A stretch of 64,000 nt of DNA from Eledone cirrhosa (taxonomy: Eukaryota). Shown here piece by piece: positions 40,366 through 54,375 of the stretch (position 1 is its first letter; each line of letters begins with the position of its first letter). Below the pieces are notes generated by a model. It did not search any database and had not been told where the DNA came from. It saw only the letters and a program-made list of their open reading frames with translations. The translations under genes and the position numbers were made by a program. The stretch is from positions 37,758,001 through 37,822,000 of the forward strand of contig OZ024741.1 in the NCBI GenBank assembly GCA_964016885.1. The letters run 5' to 3'.

Positions 40366-40607
40366 AGTCTATTTAATCCTCTTTAGACTTGGTGATGGGC
40401 TCTGCCAGGCTTAAAGTGGCCAAGAAACGCCGTATGTCAATACGGTGCCCCTTCCACTCTATCAGAGGTTTATGGGACCACACTTACATAATGCTCCGGC
40501 TTGTACCATTAATACATGTCGTTGAGCACTTCATTTTATCTGCAAACATTTCTGCTACAACACCATCGCCTTCACCCTTCTTCGCCTCATATCGCCTCCA
40601 CCAACCG

Positions 40608-40811
40608 CACTACAACTATTACTACTACTACCACTACTACCACTACCACTACTACCACTACTACCATTACTACCACTACTACCACTTCCACTACTAACTA
40701 CCACTACTACTACAACTACCGCTACTACTACCACCACTACTACCACCACCACCACCACCACCACCACCACCACCACCACTACTACTACTATTACTACTAC
40801 TACTACTACCA
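40608..40811. repeat. (TAC)n/(CAC)n trinucleotide tract
   Basis: Direct reading. Confidence 0.95.
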
Positions 40812-40854
40812 TTGTTGATGATGTCTTCGTTTGTGTTGTGGGATTGGTGTAGTA

Positions 40855-43415
40855 GTGATGTTGACGTTGTGATGTTGACGTTGCTGTTGTGATGTTGACG
40901 TTGCTGGTGTGGTGTTGACGTTGCTGTTGTGATGTTGACGTTGCTGTTGTGATGTTGACGTTGCTGTTGTGATGTTGACGTTGCTGGTGTGGTGTTGATG
41001 TTGCTGTTGTGATGTTGACGTTGCTGGTGTGATGTTGATGTTGCTGGTGTGGTGTTGATATTGCTGTTGTGATGTTGATGTTGCTGTTGTGGTGTTGATG
41101 TTGCTGTTGTGATGCTGACGTTGCTGTTGTGATGTTGACGTTGCTGTTGTGATGTTGATCTTGCTGGTGTGGTGTTGATGTTGCTGTTGTGATGTTGACG
41201 TTGCTGTTGTGATGTTGACGTTGCTGGTGTGGTGTTGACATTGCTGTTGTGATGTTGACGTTGCTGTTGTGATGTTGACGTTGCTGTTGTGATGTTGACG
41301 TTGCTGTTGTGATGTTGACGTTGCTGGTGTGGTGTTGACGTTGCTGTTGTGATGTTGACGTTGCTGTTGTGATGTTGACGTTGCTGGTGTGGTGTTGACG
41401 TTGCTGTTGTGATGTTGACGTTGCTGGTGTGATGTTGATGTTGCTGGTGTGGTATTGATGTTGCTGTTGTGGTGTTGATGTTACTGTTGTGGTGTTGATG
41501 TTGCTGTTGTGATGTTGACGTTGCTGGTGTGGTGTTGACGTTGCTGGTGTGGTGTTGACGTTGCTGTTGTGATGTTGACGTTGCTGTTGTGATGTTGACG
41601 TTGCTGGTGTGGTGTTGACGTTGCTGTTGTGATGTTGACGTTGCTGTTGTGATGTTGATGTTGCTGGTGTGGTGTTGACGTTGCTGTTGTAATGTTGACG
41701 TTGCTGTTGTGATGTTGACGTTGCTGGTGTCGTGTTGACATTGCTGTTGTGATGTTGATGTTGCTGTTGTGATGTTGACGTTGCTGTTGTGATGTTGACG
41801 TTGCTGGTGTGGTGTTAACGTTGCTGTTGTGATGTTGACGTTTCTGTTGTGATGTTGACGTTGCTGGTGTGGTGTTGACGTTGCTGGTGTGGTGTTGAAT
41901 TTGCTGTTGTGATGTTGATGTTGCTGTTGTGATGTTTACGTTGCTGTTGTGATGTTGACGTTGCTGGTGTCGTGTTGACATTGCTGTTGTGATGTTGATG
42001 TTGCTGTTGTGATGTTGACGTTGCTGTCGTGATGTTGACGTTGCTGGTGTGGTGTTAACGTTGCTGTTGTGATGTTGACGTTTCTGTTGTGATGTTGACG
42101 TTGCTGGTGTGGTGTTGACGTTGCTGGTGTGGTGTTGAATTTGCTGTTGTGATGTTGATGTTGCTGTTGTGATGTTTACGTTGCTGTTGTGATGTTGACG
42201 TTGCTGGTGTGGTGTTGACGTTGCTGTTGTGATGTTGATGTTGCTGTTTGATGTTGACGTTGCTGTTGTGATGTTGACGTTACTGTTGTGATGTTGACGT
42301 TGCTGGTGTGGTGTTGACGTTGCTGTTGTGATGTTGATGTTGCTGTTGTGATGTTGACGTTGCTATTGTGATATTGACGTTACTGTTGTGATGTTGACGT
42401 TGCTGGTGTGGTGTTGACGTTGCTGGTGTGGTGTTGACGTTGCTGTTGTGATGTTGATGTTGCTGTTGTGATGTTTACGTTGCTGTTGTGATGTTGACGT
42501 TGCTGGTGTGGTGTTGACGTTGCTGTTGTGATGTTGATGTTGCTGTTGTGATGTTGACGTTGCTGTTGTGATGTTGACGTTACTGTTGTGATGTTGACGT
42601 TGCTGGTGTGGTGTTGACGTTGCTGTTGTGATGTTGATGTTGCTGTTGTGATGTTGACGTTGCTGGTGTGGTGTTGACGTTGATGGTGTGGTGTTGAATT
42701 TGCTGTTGTGATGTTGACGTTGCTGTTGTGATGTTGATGTTGCTGGTGTGGTTTTGACGTTGCTGTTGTGATGTTGACGTTTCTGGTGTGGGGTTGCCGT
42801 TGCTGTTGTGATGTTGACGTTGCTGTTGTGATGTTGACGTTGCTGGTGTGGTGTTGACGTTGCTGGTATGGTGTTGACGTTGCTGTTGTGATATTGACGT
42901 TGTTGTTGTAATGTTGACGTTGCTGTTGTGATGTTGACGTTGTTGTTGTAATGTTGACGTTGCTGTTGTGATGTTGACGTTGCTGGTGTGGTGTTGACGT
43001 TGCTGTTGTGATGTTGACGTTGCTGTTGTGATGTTGACGTTGCTGGTGTGGTGTTGACGTTGCTGGTGTGGTGTTGACGTTGCTATTGTGATGTTGACGT
43101 AGCTGTTGTGATGTTGACGTTACATTTGTAATGTTGACGTTGGTGGTGTGGTGTTGACGTTGCTGCTGTGATGTTGACGTTACTGTTGTGATGTTGACGT
43201 TACTGTTGTAATGTTGACGTTGCTGGTGTGGTGTTGACGTTGCTGTTGTGATGTTCACGTTGCTGTTGTGATGTTGACGTCTCTGTTGTAATGTTGACGT
43301 TGCTGGTGTGGTGTTGACGTTGCTGTTGTGGTGTTGACGTTGCTGTTGTGATGTTGACGTTACTGTTGTAATGTTGACGTTGCTGGTGTGGTGTTGACGT
43401 TGCTGTTGTGATGTT
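40855..43415. repeat. 20-bp minisatellite, ~128 units, followed by degenerate GTT-rich sequence to ~43705
   Basis: Unit tgatgttgacgttgctgttg with variant tggtgttgacgttgctggtg. Confidence 0.98.
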
Positions 43416-44015
43416 ATTTGTTGTTGTGGTGGTGGTTGTTGATGTCGTTGTTGTTGTTAATTGATGTTATGGTTGTGGTTGTTGAAGTTGCTGTGATTAT
43501 TGATAATGTTGTCGTTGATGTTGTGATGGTTGCTGAGGTTGTAGTTGATATAATCCTTGTTGTCGCTTTTGTTGTTACTCGTTGATGTTGTGGTGGTTGT
43601 TGTTGTCGTCGTTTTTTGTTGTGGTGGCTGTTGTCGTTAATGTTGTGGTTGCTAAGGTTGCTGTGATGATTGATGTTAATGTTGTTGTGGTTGCTGTTGT
43701 TGTTTACCAGCTAAAATAGTGACCAGGATAAGCTTCAGTTGTTTTCCGAGAATATTGTATCAAAGCTCTATCAAGCATGAAGAAAATGGACATCTCTCCC
43801 CACCCCCTCTAGCTCGCTCTCTCATCCACCCCCGCTTCTTCCGCGCTCTCTCCCTCTCATCTCTCCCTCCCTCCTCTCTCTCTGCACGCATGCACGCGCG
43901 CACACACACTCACACCTTAGTATGCATACCTATCTACAGGCATGCATACATACTCGCCTATTTATACTCACCTCTACACATATATACACATATACATAAC
44001 AGCCATATAAACACT

Positions 44016-44460
<445 letters not shown>

Positions 44461-45059
44461 AACATACACAAACACATACATATGCACTTGTAAATACGAA
44501 TTTGTGAGCAAGTGTGTGCATGACTGCGTGTGCGTGTCTGTCTATACTTGAGTGTCTTCTGGCGCATGTATACATATACGTAAATATTAAGACAGTCGAA
44601 AGTGCGCCATTTTGTGGGAACGCTGTCAGTTAGAGCTGGTACAAGCAGAAAAGCCATTTATACGCCAGTAGTTTGGATAAACTAATTAACGAATAAACTC
44701 GACTCGTGAAATTTGATTTTCCTATTCATTTCCTTGTAACGTTTATTTTTTTATTTTATTTAAAACATTGTTTCAAGGAAAACAAACCACGGTTTTTAGT
44801 GTTATGAAGCAGATACTTGTAAATTGCCATAGATGATAGCACATCCTATCGGAGAGTATAGATAGAAATTAATGATTAATATATCAATAGTGTCCTGCAT
44901 TGTCGAAAGGCTTATATATTTAAATCTCGATGGTTCAGTTCAATTAACTTTCATTAAAAAGAAAGGAGCCAATTGTCAGATCGGACCAATGAAACTATGT
45001 TCACATTAGACTTTTCATTGCTGAAACTATCTGTTAGCTGCAATTCCTGTCAGAAACGG

Positions 45060-45735
45060 TGATAGGAGTTGGTATTTGAACTCAGAACACTCAGAGCTAG
45101 GGCACATATCGCAAAGCCTCGTGTCTGGTCCTTTAACAATTTCAACACATCCATTCATTGATTGGAACTTTATTATGGATCCCGAAGGGATGAAAGACAA
45201 TTTAGGGACAGGGAAAAGTCGATTATATCAGCCGTAGTACATTACTGGTACTTTATTGATCCCAGAAAGATGAAACGCAAATATGTCCTCGGTGGGGAAC
45301 ACAAACCGCAAAGAGTCGTAACTAAATATTCCAAGGGATTTAATCCGATACCCTAACGGTTTTGCGAATCTTCAGTTTCTACTTTTGGCACAATATCAGC
45401 AATTACCCCAGTGCATTACTGGTACTTTATTTTATTGATCCCGTAAGGATGAAAGGCAAAGTTAATATCGACGGGATTTGAACTCAGACCGTAAAGGGAT
45501 GTAACTCTATGCTGGAAAGCATGGCGTCCGACCCTCTACCGATACTGCCAATCCACCGCTAATGATTCTTAATTTTAGTACAATGTCAGCAATTTTGGCG
45601 TGAAAGGAAAGTTGATTATATCGACCCCAGTACTCGGCTGGTACTTTATTTTATCGACCTCGGAAGGATGAAAGGCAAAGTTGATCTCTATGGGATTTGA
45701 ACTCAGAACATAACGAGCTGGGACAAATACTGTTA
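45060..45735 (-). mobile_element. Cluster of 3-4 co-oriented Meta-domain SINEs
   Basis: Reverse Meta cores at ~45240, 45415 and 45635, with ggatttgaactcaga B-box complements. Confidence 0.85.
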
Positions 45736-45809
45736 AGAATTTGTTTAAAAAAATCAGAAAAAGGGAGGTCGGCGTAAAAGCCAAACTCGCTGTCTTCAGT
45801 TCGGTAATG

Positions 45810-46172
45810 AGAGAAAGAAATACATCGTGAATACAAGCGGCCGAAATGGGATCCTCCGAAGGGTCAGTGGAGTAACGTTACTTGATCAAGTGCGTAACTC
45901 GGAGATCAGAAAGTCATCCCATACTATGGATATGTGGTTAGAATGTCTCGGGAAAGAATCGCGGGACAGATTTTACGGGCAAAACCAGCCCCCAAGAGAC
46001 CCAGGGGTAAACTCCGAGCAAGATGGTTGGATAACATCCATGAGCTTGGTTGGTCACGCTTGGGTATCCAGCAGGATCAGTTGGAGACGGTTGTTTCTGA
46101 CAGGACCCGCTGGAAGGAGTGTTTAAGAACTCTTCCCCATGACCCCATCAGGAATAAGTGGACGAAGAAGAA
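45810..46172 (+). mobile_element. 3' end of an RTE-clade LINE with (GAA) tail
   Basis: RIQAAEMG.LRRVSGVTLLDQVRNSEIR ... VVRMSRERIAGQILRAKPAPKRPRGKLRARWLDNI, with frameshifts. Confidence 0.85.
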
Positions 46173-46927
46173 GTTCTATAAAAAACGATCTTGTCGTAGA
46201 TTGGTTCACATGAAATGGGGTGATCTTTTCATCTACAAGGATGTCCTGGTGCAATACGTCAGAATACATCATCATAAGCAGAACTTTCAATGGCAGCACC
46301 GTTCAGTTGAGTATGTTGCATCCTAGAATGTTATGTGGAGGGTTCAGTTACAACAAAGTTATAAATTATTTTGTTAAATAGTATAACATTTCCGTTTCTG
46401 GCTATTTCTTGCAACACATTATATATACACTGTATATTATATATATATATATTATATATATTTTTTATATATATACATTATATATATACATTATATATAC
46501 ATACTGTATATTATATATGTATACTCTGTATATTATATATATATATACATTATATATATATACTGTATATTATATATATATATTATATATATACACTGAA
46601 TTAACGTTGCTATCTTAACATTGCTATATTTGTCTATAAACTCTGGCATTTTCTATTATGTTTATTATCCCGTAGTTTAAAACTGTTATGCATATGTGCA
46701 CGTGTGTGTGTGTGGGGGGGGGGGGGATGTGTGTGTATATATATACAATTGTTTCTATAGTGTTAGCTGCACAATTTCTATACCTTTCATTTATATATAT
46801 ATATATATGTATATATATAAACTGACAGCAGAGAGACATGCAGCTGAATTAATCCTCGCATATATTTGTGTGTGTTAGCGTGTATCTCTGTGTGAGTGAG
46901 TGCGCATGCGCGTGTAAATTTACCGAA

Positions 46928-46962
<35 letters not shown>

Positions 46963-47109
46963 AATATATATATGTGAGGATTAATTCACCAGCTCCATGC
47001 CTCTCTGCTCCCAGAAGCTAAGCCCTCACACTCAGTCCATATAAACCTCCTGAAAAAAAAAGAACCTCCACCAACTCACTAACATTGTTGATGACTTTTA
47101 ACTTTTAAA

Positions 47110-47156
47110 CATACATACATACATACATATATATATATACACATATATATATATCT

Positions 47157-47245
<89 letters not shown>

Positions 47246-47379
47246 TATATCTACATATATATATATATACATACATATATACATACATACATATATATAT
47301 ACATACATACATATATATATACATACATACATATATATATATACATATATATATATATGTATGTATATATATATATATA

Positions 47380-47475
<96 letters not shown>
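47110..47475. repeat. Compound (TA)n/(CA)n/(TACA)n microsatellite
   Basis: Direct reading. Confidence 0.95.
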
Positions 47476-48069
47476 ACCCAGTAAACATTTCGCCACGTTG
47501 CAGACAAACAAACACCCAAACATATCAAGTGAAACATAATCCCTTCATCTGATTAAATCACTTTATCTTCACAGCCTTTGTCGTCGTCCAACACCTTACC
47601 AATTACACTATCTTCTCTTCTTACATCCAGTTTTATTACACTTTATATATTACACTTGTCTCTCACCTCCGTCTGATAAATAGCCAAGCAATCACAACCT
47701 TAAGTTTTATGATATATTTTCTTATGTATTTTGGTGAGATATTTTGTTCTCATTTCAGTACCGTTTATTTCTCTCTTCTTCCTTGCTGTTATAATCCTGA
47801 TTGAGGAACTGTGAACAGACACACAGACATGGCTGAGTGGTTAAGAAGTTCGTATCGCAATCATGAGCTTTCAGGTTTCGATCCCACTGTGGAATAGCAC
47901 CCAGGGCAATTGAGTATGTAGCGAAACCTCAATGAGATTGTTCCCACGTTCTTAAATAGTCGCATATCAACCCACACTGACCTTTAACCTCAGTCATCCT
48001 AATTTAAATACCAATTCCTTTGTTTGAGCTCACATTGTCGTCGTCTGATTTCCTATCGTTGTTTAATAT

Positions 48070-49167
48070 ATATATATAGTAAGGTGTATTATTGGTTGTG
48101 TCAAACGGTTCAATAAATTTTTGTTAGCAATATTAAGCTCTCCACGCTTTTGTATATCTCCAATTCCATTTATGGGAACAGCTAGATGATGTAAAACGGA
48201 GTATTTGTATCAAAATAAAGATCCGAAGGAATGGTATAAATTTCCAATCATTTTAATCACGACACATGTTTCAATAAGAGATAGATCGATCGTGTAGCCA
48301 TGATCAATTATCACTGATCTCGTCAGGGGAAAATGAATTGTCTTCAAATCCTTGATATGAGGGAGAAAATTAACGATGTTCACTCACACAGAGTTTAGTC
48401 CCTCATATGAAGATCAAGCAGTCAAAACACGGCGACTGCTCTCGCCCTCAGTTAGGGTCATAAAACTATCAAGTCTCTATCTCCCAATAGCTGTAAAAGA
48501 CGCTGGACATCAATCAAATCTGTAGAATTATAGTCGGTCACAGTTAATGTGAGTGGGTACACACACACTCACACACACACGACGCGAGGTCAAAGAAAAA
48601 ATATATACATATACCAACATAGCATCAAATCTGTAGAACTATAGACGGTCACAGTTAGTGTGAGTGAGTACACACACACTGACACACACTGACACGAGCT
48701 CAAAGAAAAAGTATAAATATACCAACATAGTATTCACCGAAAGTTAGTTTACAAAACAACAACTGTTATATTGGTCAAATCTCAATTTGATGATGTAAAT
48801 TGGAATAATTGGGTCAACCGCAACCCTATACACACGCAAGTAAGTTCAGGTCAATGTTCTGCTATACGTGTATAGATTGAATTGTAACATCCGTATCTCC
48901 AAATAGTGTATGTTATGGTATATACACATCCGTATCGTCCAAAAAAGTGTATTTTTAGGAAAATACACATCCACGTGAAGAACAAATAGTTAGCTCATAT
49001 CGAACTCAGTATGTGCCGTTGGCCCATTGAGAATCTGAGTCCCCAAATCTGTGCGTGCAAGCAACCGCTATGTAGGCCTACATAGCGGTTGCTTGCACGC
49101 ACAGATTTGGGGGACTCAGATTCTCAATGGGCCAACAGCACATACTGAGTTCGATATGAGCTAACTA
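48070..49167 (-). mobile_element. Probable PLE-like 3' region ending in a 181-bp palindrome (48987-49167)
   Basis: Left end abuts (TA)n. Degenerate hammerhead on - strand (CTGACGA..GAAAC-ATGT-GTC, ~48249-48335). ~110-bp tandem duplication at 48513-48730. Palindrome axis 49076/49077 in tagg|ccta. Confidence 0.55.
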
Positions 49168-49176
49168 CTTGCTAAA

Positions 49177-49428
49177 TGTATTCATCTGGTGCATGTAATC
49201 CATGTAGTGTATTCATCTGGTGCATGTAATCCATGTAGTGTATTCATCTGGTGCATGTAATTCATGTAGTGTATTCATCTGGTGCATGTAATTCATGTAG
49301 TGTATTCATCTGGTGCATGTAATTCATGTAGTGTATTCATCTGGTGCATGTAATTCTTGTAGTATATTCATCTGGTGCATGTAATCCATGTAGTGTATTC
49401 ATCTGGTGCATGTAATCCATGTAGTGTA
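49177..49428. repeat. 31-bp minisatellite, ~8 units
   Basis: Unit tgtattcatctggtgcatgtaatccatgtag. Confidence 0.95.
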
Positions 49429-49493
49429 TGCAGACACACATGCACACACAGCCACAAACATTTCCAACACAGGTATGCAAATTGATTCATGTG

Positions 49494-49548
<55 letters not shown>

Positions 49549-50122
49549 ATATAAGGGCTAAAATCCAAATTTTCAGAACTTCATTTACACAACTTTTATT
49601 TACCTATGTTAAGTATCGTAAAACAAAGCATAGTAAGCAAAAACACATTTGAAGGCTAACGCAATTCTACTTACATTATAATTAGTAAATTCAATCATAA
49701 TTGCTTAGACCGCAGTTTCGGATGACAAAGAAAAAGGTACCAACTACCATAATTAAAATGGTTAATTAGTAAATTAAGACAATCACCCTCTTCAGTAGCT
49801 TGTCTTACAAAAATATAGTCTTAGCTTTTACTATAAAATTCAAATAAATTGACTTGTGTTGCTAATGACGTCAGGAAGACGACTAATTTTAGCAAAAAAG
49901 AACAAAAAAACAAAGAAAACAACATCGTACATGCATATTAACTCACCTGTTTTTTGTTTTAAAAGTAGCCCGTTTGATCTTAAAAAGTTGGAGGTTAAGA
50001 GAACAGCTAAAAATAGCTCATCAAACGCCTAAAATACTACAACTCAACCTAAATTAATTAAATTAAGGGATTAGCGACATCACAAATATAGATAAAAAGA
50101 AATTCATATATATATATATATA

Positions 50123-50325
50123 TGGGATAACAAGTTATCGTTTTAGGTAATCCAGTTAGAGGTTGTGAGTACTCTGTACTATGGATAGTTTTAACGTACG
50201 GCATTGTTTGACTCAGATGATTTGATCAGACTGTATTTAAGATCGAGTGACGCAATTTGTTAGTACTGTAAATAAAACCCTTTTTGTACAGCCGACCATG
50301 TTATTCTTCACTCTTTCACTACTAT
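50123..50325. mobile_element. Second, diverged member of the 30392-30862 family, also made of two oppositely oriented parts
   Basis: 50123-50215 is the reverse complement of ~30773-30863; 50216-50325 matches 30549-30705 with deletions; TA-rich flanks. Confidence 0.8.
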
Positions 50326-50334
50326 ATTTATATA

Positions 50335-50640
50335 TATAAGGAAAAGAAATTGAAAATGCAACTGGAGTCTTTTAAGAATATTTATTTATTTACTTTACCG
50401 GTTTCACAATTCTTATGATTTTCGAAAGTAAAATTGAGATGGAGAGTTTGTATTTCTCTTGTGCTTTCTGTTGAAGGTTGAAGAAAAAATCAAAATGTCT
50501 AAAATGCGAGACAAACCACAACAGAAACACCAACCCTCCATCTTAATTTTACATTTGAAAACTGTGAAACCGGCAAAGTAAATAAATAAATAAATATTCA
50601 TAAAAGATTCCAGTTGTATTTTCAATTTCTTTTCCTTATA
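50335..50640. mobile_element. Older imperfect fold-back PLE-like element
   Basis: tataaggaaaagaaattgaaaat.caactgga.tcttt..tttactttaccggtttcaca mirrored at the right end; hammerhead 3' half GAAAC-CG-GTA on - strand. Confidence 0.7.
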
Positions 50641-51140
50641 CTTTCACCCGTGTGGGACATCTATTTAAAAAGAAAAAAAATCCTCATTTTAAGCGTTAAA
50701 CTAATATATTCCTTCCATATACTGTACCGATTGTGTTGTATTTTCTGTTCACCTTATATAGAAATACGAAATTTCTATACATATTTGTATAACGCTATGC
50801 TTGAAGCGAAATGCTATTTCTATTCTATTATAAATTGAGCCAACTTATGCAGCTTCATATGCAAATGAGATTAATCACCTCATTTACACAGACGAGAAAA
50901 CTATTTATTCTCGACTGTTTTCAAGTCCAGCAGTTGCAAGCGGTGGGAGGGACCGTCCCGAAGAAGGCCAGTCAATCCTGAAATGCATAGACGGTTGTAC
51001 ACCTTGCTTCTGCTGGACACCACCAGAGGGCGTTAGCCCCGGTGTTTGCTTAGCTACGGCTTCCTAAAACCGTGTTTCTTTAAAAATACAAAATTTCTAT
51101 ACATATTTGTATAACGCTATGCTTGAAGCGAAATCCTATT

Positions 51141-51174
<34 letters not shown>

Positions 51175-51431
51175 ATGAACAGCCGATGTTTTCTGCTTTG
51201 CTTGTATATAAACGTATTTTATATGTTTTCATATACACCTCTATAATGCTTAAATGCTGTCTTAGTGCTACACCCAATTAAATATAACCCGCCAAACTCG
51301 CACTATATGTAAATGAACGTCCCCAACAAGTCTATTCCATGCCAGCAGGTTTTGAGTGAGTGTCACTGATGAGAGATTAACAAATCTTGAAATAGCGCTG
51401 TCTGACATTCTCAGAACACACACACACCACA

Positions 51432-51503
<72 letters not shown>

Positions 51504-51544
51504 GAGAGAGAGAGAGATCGAAATCACTGGTTATCAATCTAAAC

Positions 51545-51833
51545 CAGGCATGGGCAACTTTTTTCGAGAAGCGGGTCGCATGAGGTATGGCTCATCATCA
51601 AGCAGTCCGCAAGCACTAATTTACATTCGTGCCCGCATTAAAAAAGGGTGGTTACTCAGGTTGTTTTGATTTGATTTTTCAGAATTCGTATACGTTCGTT
51701 TCCTCGATCGTAAAAATGATAGAAAGATAAATTACGACTGAAAAGTTGGGGTAATAAAATCAGAAAGATTTCACTTAGGTGACTTAGGCGAGCCATTCAG
51801 AAAGCTTCGCGGGCCGCAGGTTGCTAATGACTG
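51545..51833. mobile_element. hAT-type MITE
   Basis: TIRs caggcatgggcaac / gttgctaatgactg; perfect 8-bp TSD atctaaac (51537-51544 and 51834-51841). Confidence 0.88.
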
Positions 51834-51855
51834 ATCTAAACCCTTATATAGATAA

Positions 51856-52045
51856 TTGTTTCTACTTTTGGCACAAGGCCAGCAGTTATCCCAGTGTATT
51901 ACTGATACTTTATTTTATCGACCCCGTAAGGATGAAAGGCAAAGTTAACCTCGGTGGTATTTGAACTCAGAATGACAAGGGCCATAACTCTATGTGTCAA
52001 AGCATGGCGTCCGACCCTCTACCGATACTGCCAATCCTCCGCCCC
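51856..52045 (-). mobile_element. Meta-domain SINE, young subfamily
   Basis: Closely similar to 36693-36882, 37156-37318 and 45375-45560. Confidence 0.88.
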
Positions 52046-52111
52046 TTATATATATAATGTGTGTGTGTGTGTGCTATATACATGCGCAATTGAATTTTAA
52101 TATATAGGTTA

Positions 52112-53759
52112 CTAGCAGGAAAGCCCGGCGTTGCTCGGGGTCGCTCAGTAGCTGTGTTAAAGTTACAATGTTAAGTTTCTTTTTTGGCTTAAAGTCTGTC
52201 TGCACGACTGTCTGTCTGCACGCCTAACGAAATTTACAGATACATATATTTTAAATAAACTTATATAATTTTTGCTTTTTTTTACGAAATATTTGCTTGT
52301 TTTACGTAGTCTTTAAATAGACTTGTTTTCAAGTAAAAATATTGTTTTAAAAGGCTTTTAAATGGAAATGAAGCAAAACGGAAGCTTAGTGTTCGAACTG
52401 ATGAATTTTGCTGGTCAACATTTTGCTGGCTCGACAACTGTTCGTGTATTGTGTTAATGTCATTTTAAACGCTGAGAAAACCAGCGTAATGTTTTTAATT
52501 TTTGCACGCAGAAAATGTAAACAGAACAAAGGGAAATAACTCGTCACTTACGCTCAAAAATCGATACATTAGATTCGATTTCGTCACATAGGGTGGGTCA
52601 ATTTGAAATATTTTTTTTCCGATGTCTTCGCTAGGGCTCAATGTACAAGTATAGCAATTTCGGTGTAATTCCGTCAGAGATTCTAAGAGGAGATGTGTGC
52701 CAAAAATCGATAGACAGACAACCACAGTTTTATATATATAGACTAGCAGTAAAGCCCGGCGTTGCTCGGGGTCGCTCAGTAGCTGTGTTAAAGTTACAAT
52801 GTTAAGTTTCTTTCTTGGCTTAAAAACTGTAGTGTCTACTGTGCAGACTTGCATGTGGTGTTTTTGATTAATATTCCCTCAACCAACAATATGCCTTATG
52901 AAGTTAAGAAAACATAACGATAACCCGAATGTTATAACAAAAGAGGATGCTGGGGATAAAAACTGCACTGGTTATTTATTAACAAAGATCGAAAATGTAA
53001 ACACTGCAACGCAGAGAAAAACATTAGCGTAACCAAATTATCAGTTATGTCTGTCTGCACGCCTATATCACCTCTCTGCACGACTGTCTGTCTGCACGCC
53101 TATATCACCTCTCTGCACGACTGTCTGTCTGCACGCCTATATCACCTCTCTGCACGACTGTCTGTCTGCACGCCTATATCACCTCTCTGCACGACTGTCT
53201 GTCTGCACGCCTATATCACCTCTCTGCACGACTGTCTGTCTGCACGCCTATATCACCTCTCTGCACGACTATCTGTCTGCACGCGTATATCACCTCTCTG
53301 CACAACTGTCTGTCTGCACGACTGTCTGTCTGCACGCCTAACGACGAAATATTTGCTTGTTTTACGTAGTCTTTAAATAGACTTGTTTTCAAGTAAAAAT
53401 ATTGTTTTAAAATGCTTTTAAATGGAAATGAAGCAAAACGGAAGCTTAGTGTTCGAACTGATGAATTTTGCAGGTCAATATTTTAAACGCTGAGAAAGCC
53501 AGCGTAATTTTTTACGTAAGACGCTCAATGTAAACAGAACAAAGGGAAATAACTGATAACTTACGCTCAAAAATCGATACATTATATTCGATTTCGTCAC
53601 ATAGGGTGGGTCAATTTGAAATTTTTTTTTTCCGATGTCTTCGCTAGGGCTCAATGTACAAGTATAGCAATTTCGGTGCAATTCCGTGAGAGATTCTAAG
53701 AGGAGATGTGTGCCAAAAATCGATAGACAGACAGACAACCACAGTTTTATATATATAGA
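52112..53759 (-). mobile_element. Head-to-tail dimer of a non-autonomous Helitron (units 53759-52743 and 52742-52112)
   Basis: On - strand each unit starts TCTATATATATAAAA and ends with hairpin cccgagcaacgccggg followed by CTAG; inserted between A and T; no TSD. Confidence 0.9.
53048..53340. repeat. 37-bp minisatellite inside the Helitron
   Basis: Unit ctgtctgtctgcacgcctatatcacctctctgcacga, about 7 copies. Confidence 0.95.
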
Positions 53760-53962
53760 TTAGTTTGGTCTTTGCGTGGCAGCTTGGGCAAATGTCTTTT
53801 ATCAAAGCCTCGGCTCGATCGATTAGTGTAATAGGGTTTACGAGAGACAGAAATTGTTTTCAAGTTCGCCTGATGGATTGTACTTGTAATTAAAATGTCC
53901 GGCCTTTGTCACAGATTGTCGTTGCTTCTGTCTTTGGGTACTCGTGCCTGTGGAATACATAA

Positions 53963-54192
53963 TCACCACTACCATCACCACTACCATCGCCACTACCACT
54001 ACCACCATCACCACTACCACCATCGCCACTACCATCGCCACTACCACTACCACCATCGCTACTACCACCATCGCTACTAACACCATCACCACTACCATCG
54101 CCACTACCACTACGACCATCACCACTATCACCATCACCACTACCACCATCACCACTACCATCAACGCCACTACCACCATCGCCACCACCACC
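53963..54192. repeat. Degenerate (ACC/ACT/ATC)n trinucleotide tract
   Basis: Direct reading. Confidence 0.9.
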
Positions 54193-54321
54193 TATGTGTT
54201 GTTAAGATCCCGTACTTGTTCCACCTTATATATCTTTTTTCATTAATCGTTTTTGACCCTCTCCGTCTCTTCAAACTTCACCTTCATTCATCAACCAGGT
54301 GTAAAAACCTGCATATCATAT

Positions 54322-54375
<54 letters not shown>

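Noticed and set aside
40555-43258. Thr/Gln/His-rich ORFs of 166-292 aa that look like mucins
   Set aside because: They are minus-strand readings of a 20-bp minisatellite (unit not a multiple of 3) with no unique coding flanks or splice signals.
47825-47905. tRNA-like sequence (also ~11158-11225 and 38725-38815)
   Set aside because: A/B-box-like motifs without a complete cloverleaf; these are SINE heads.
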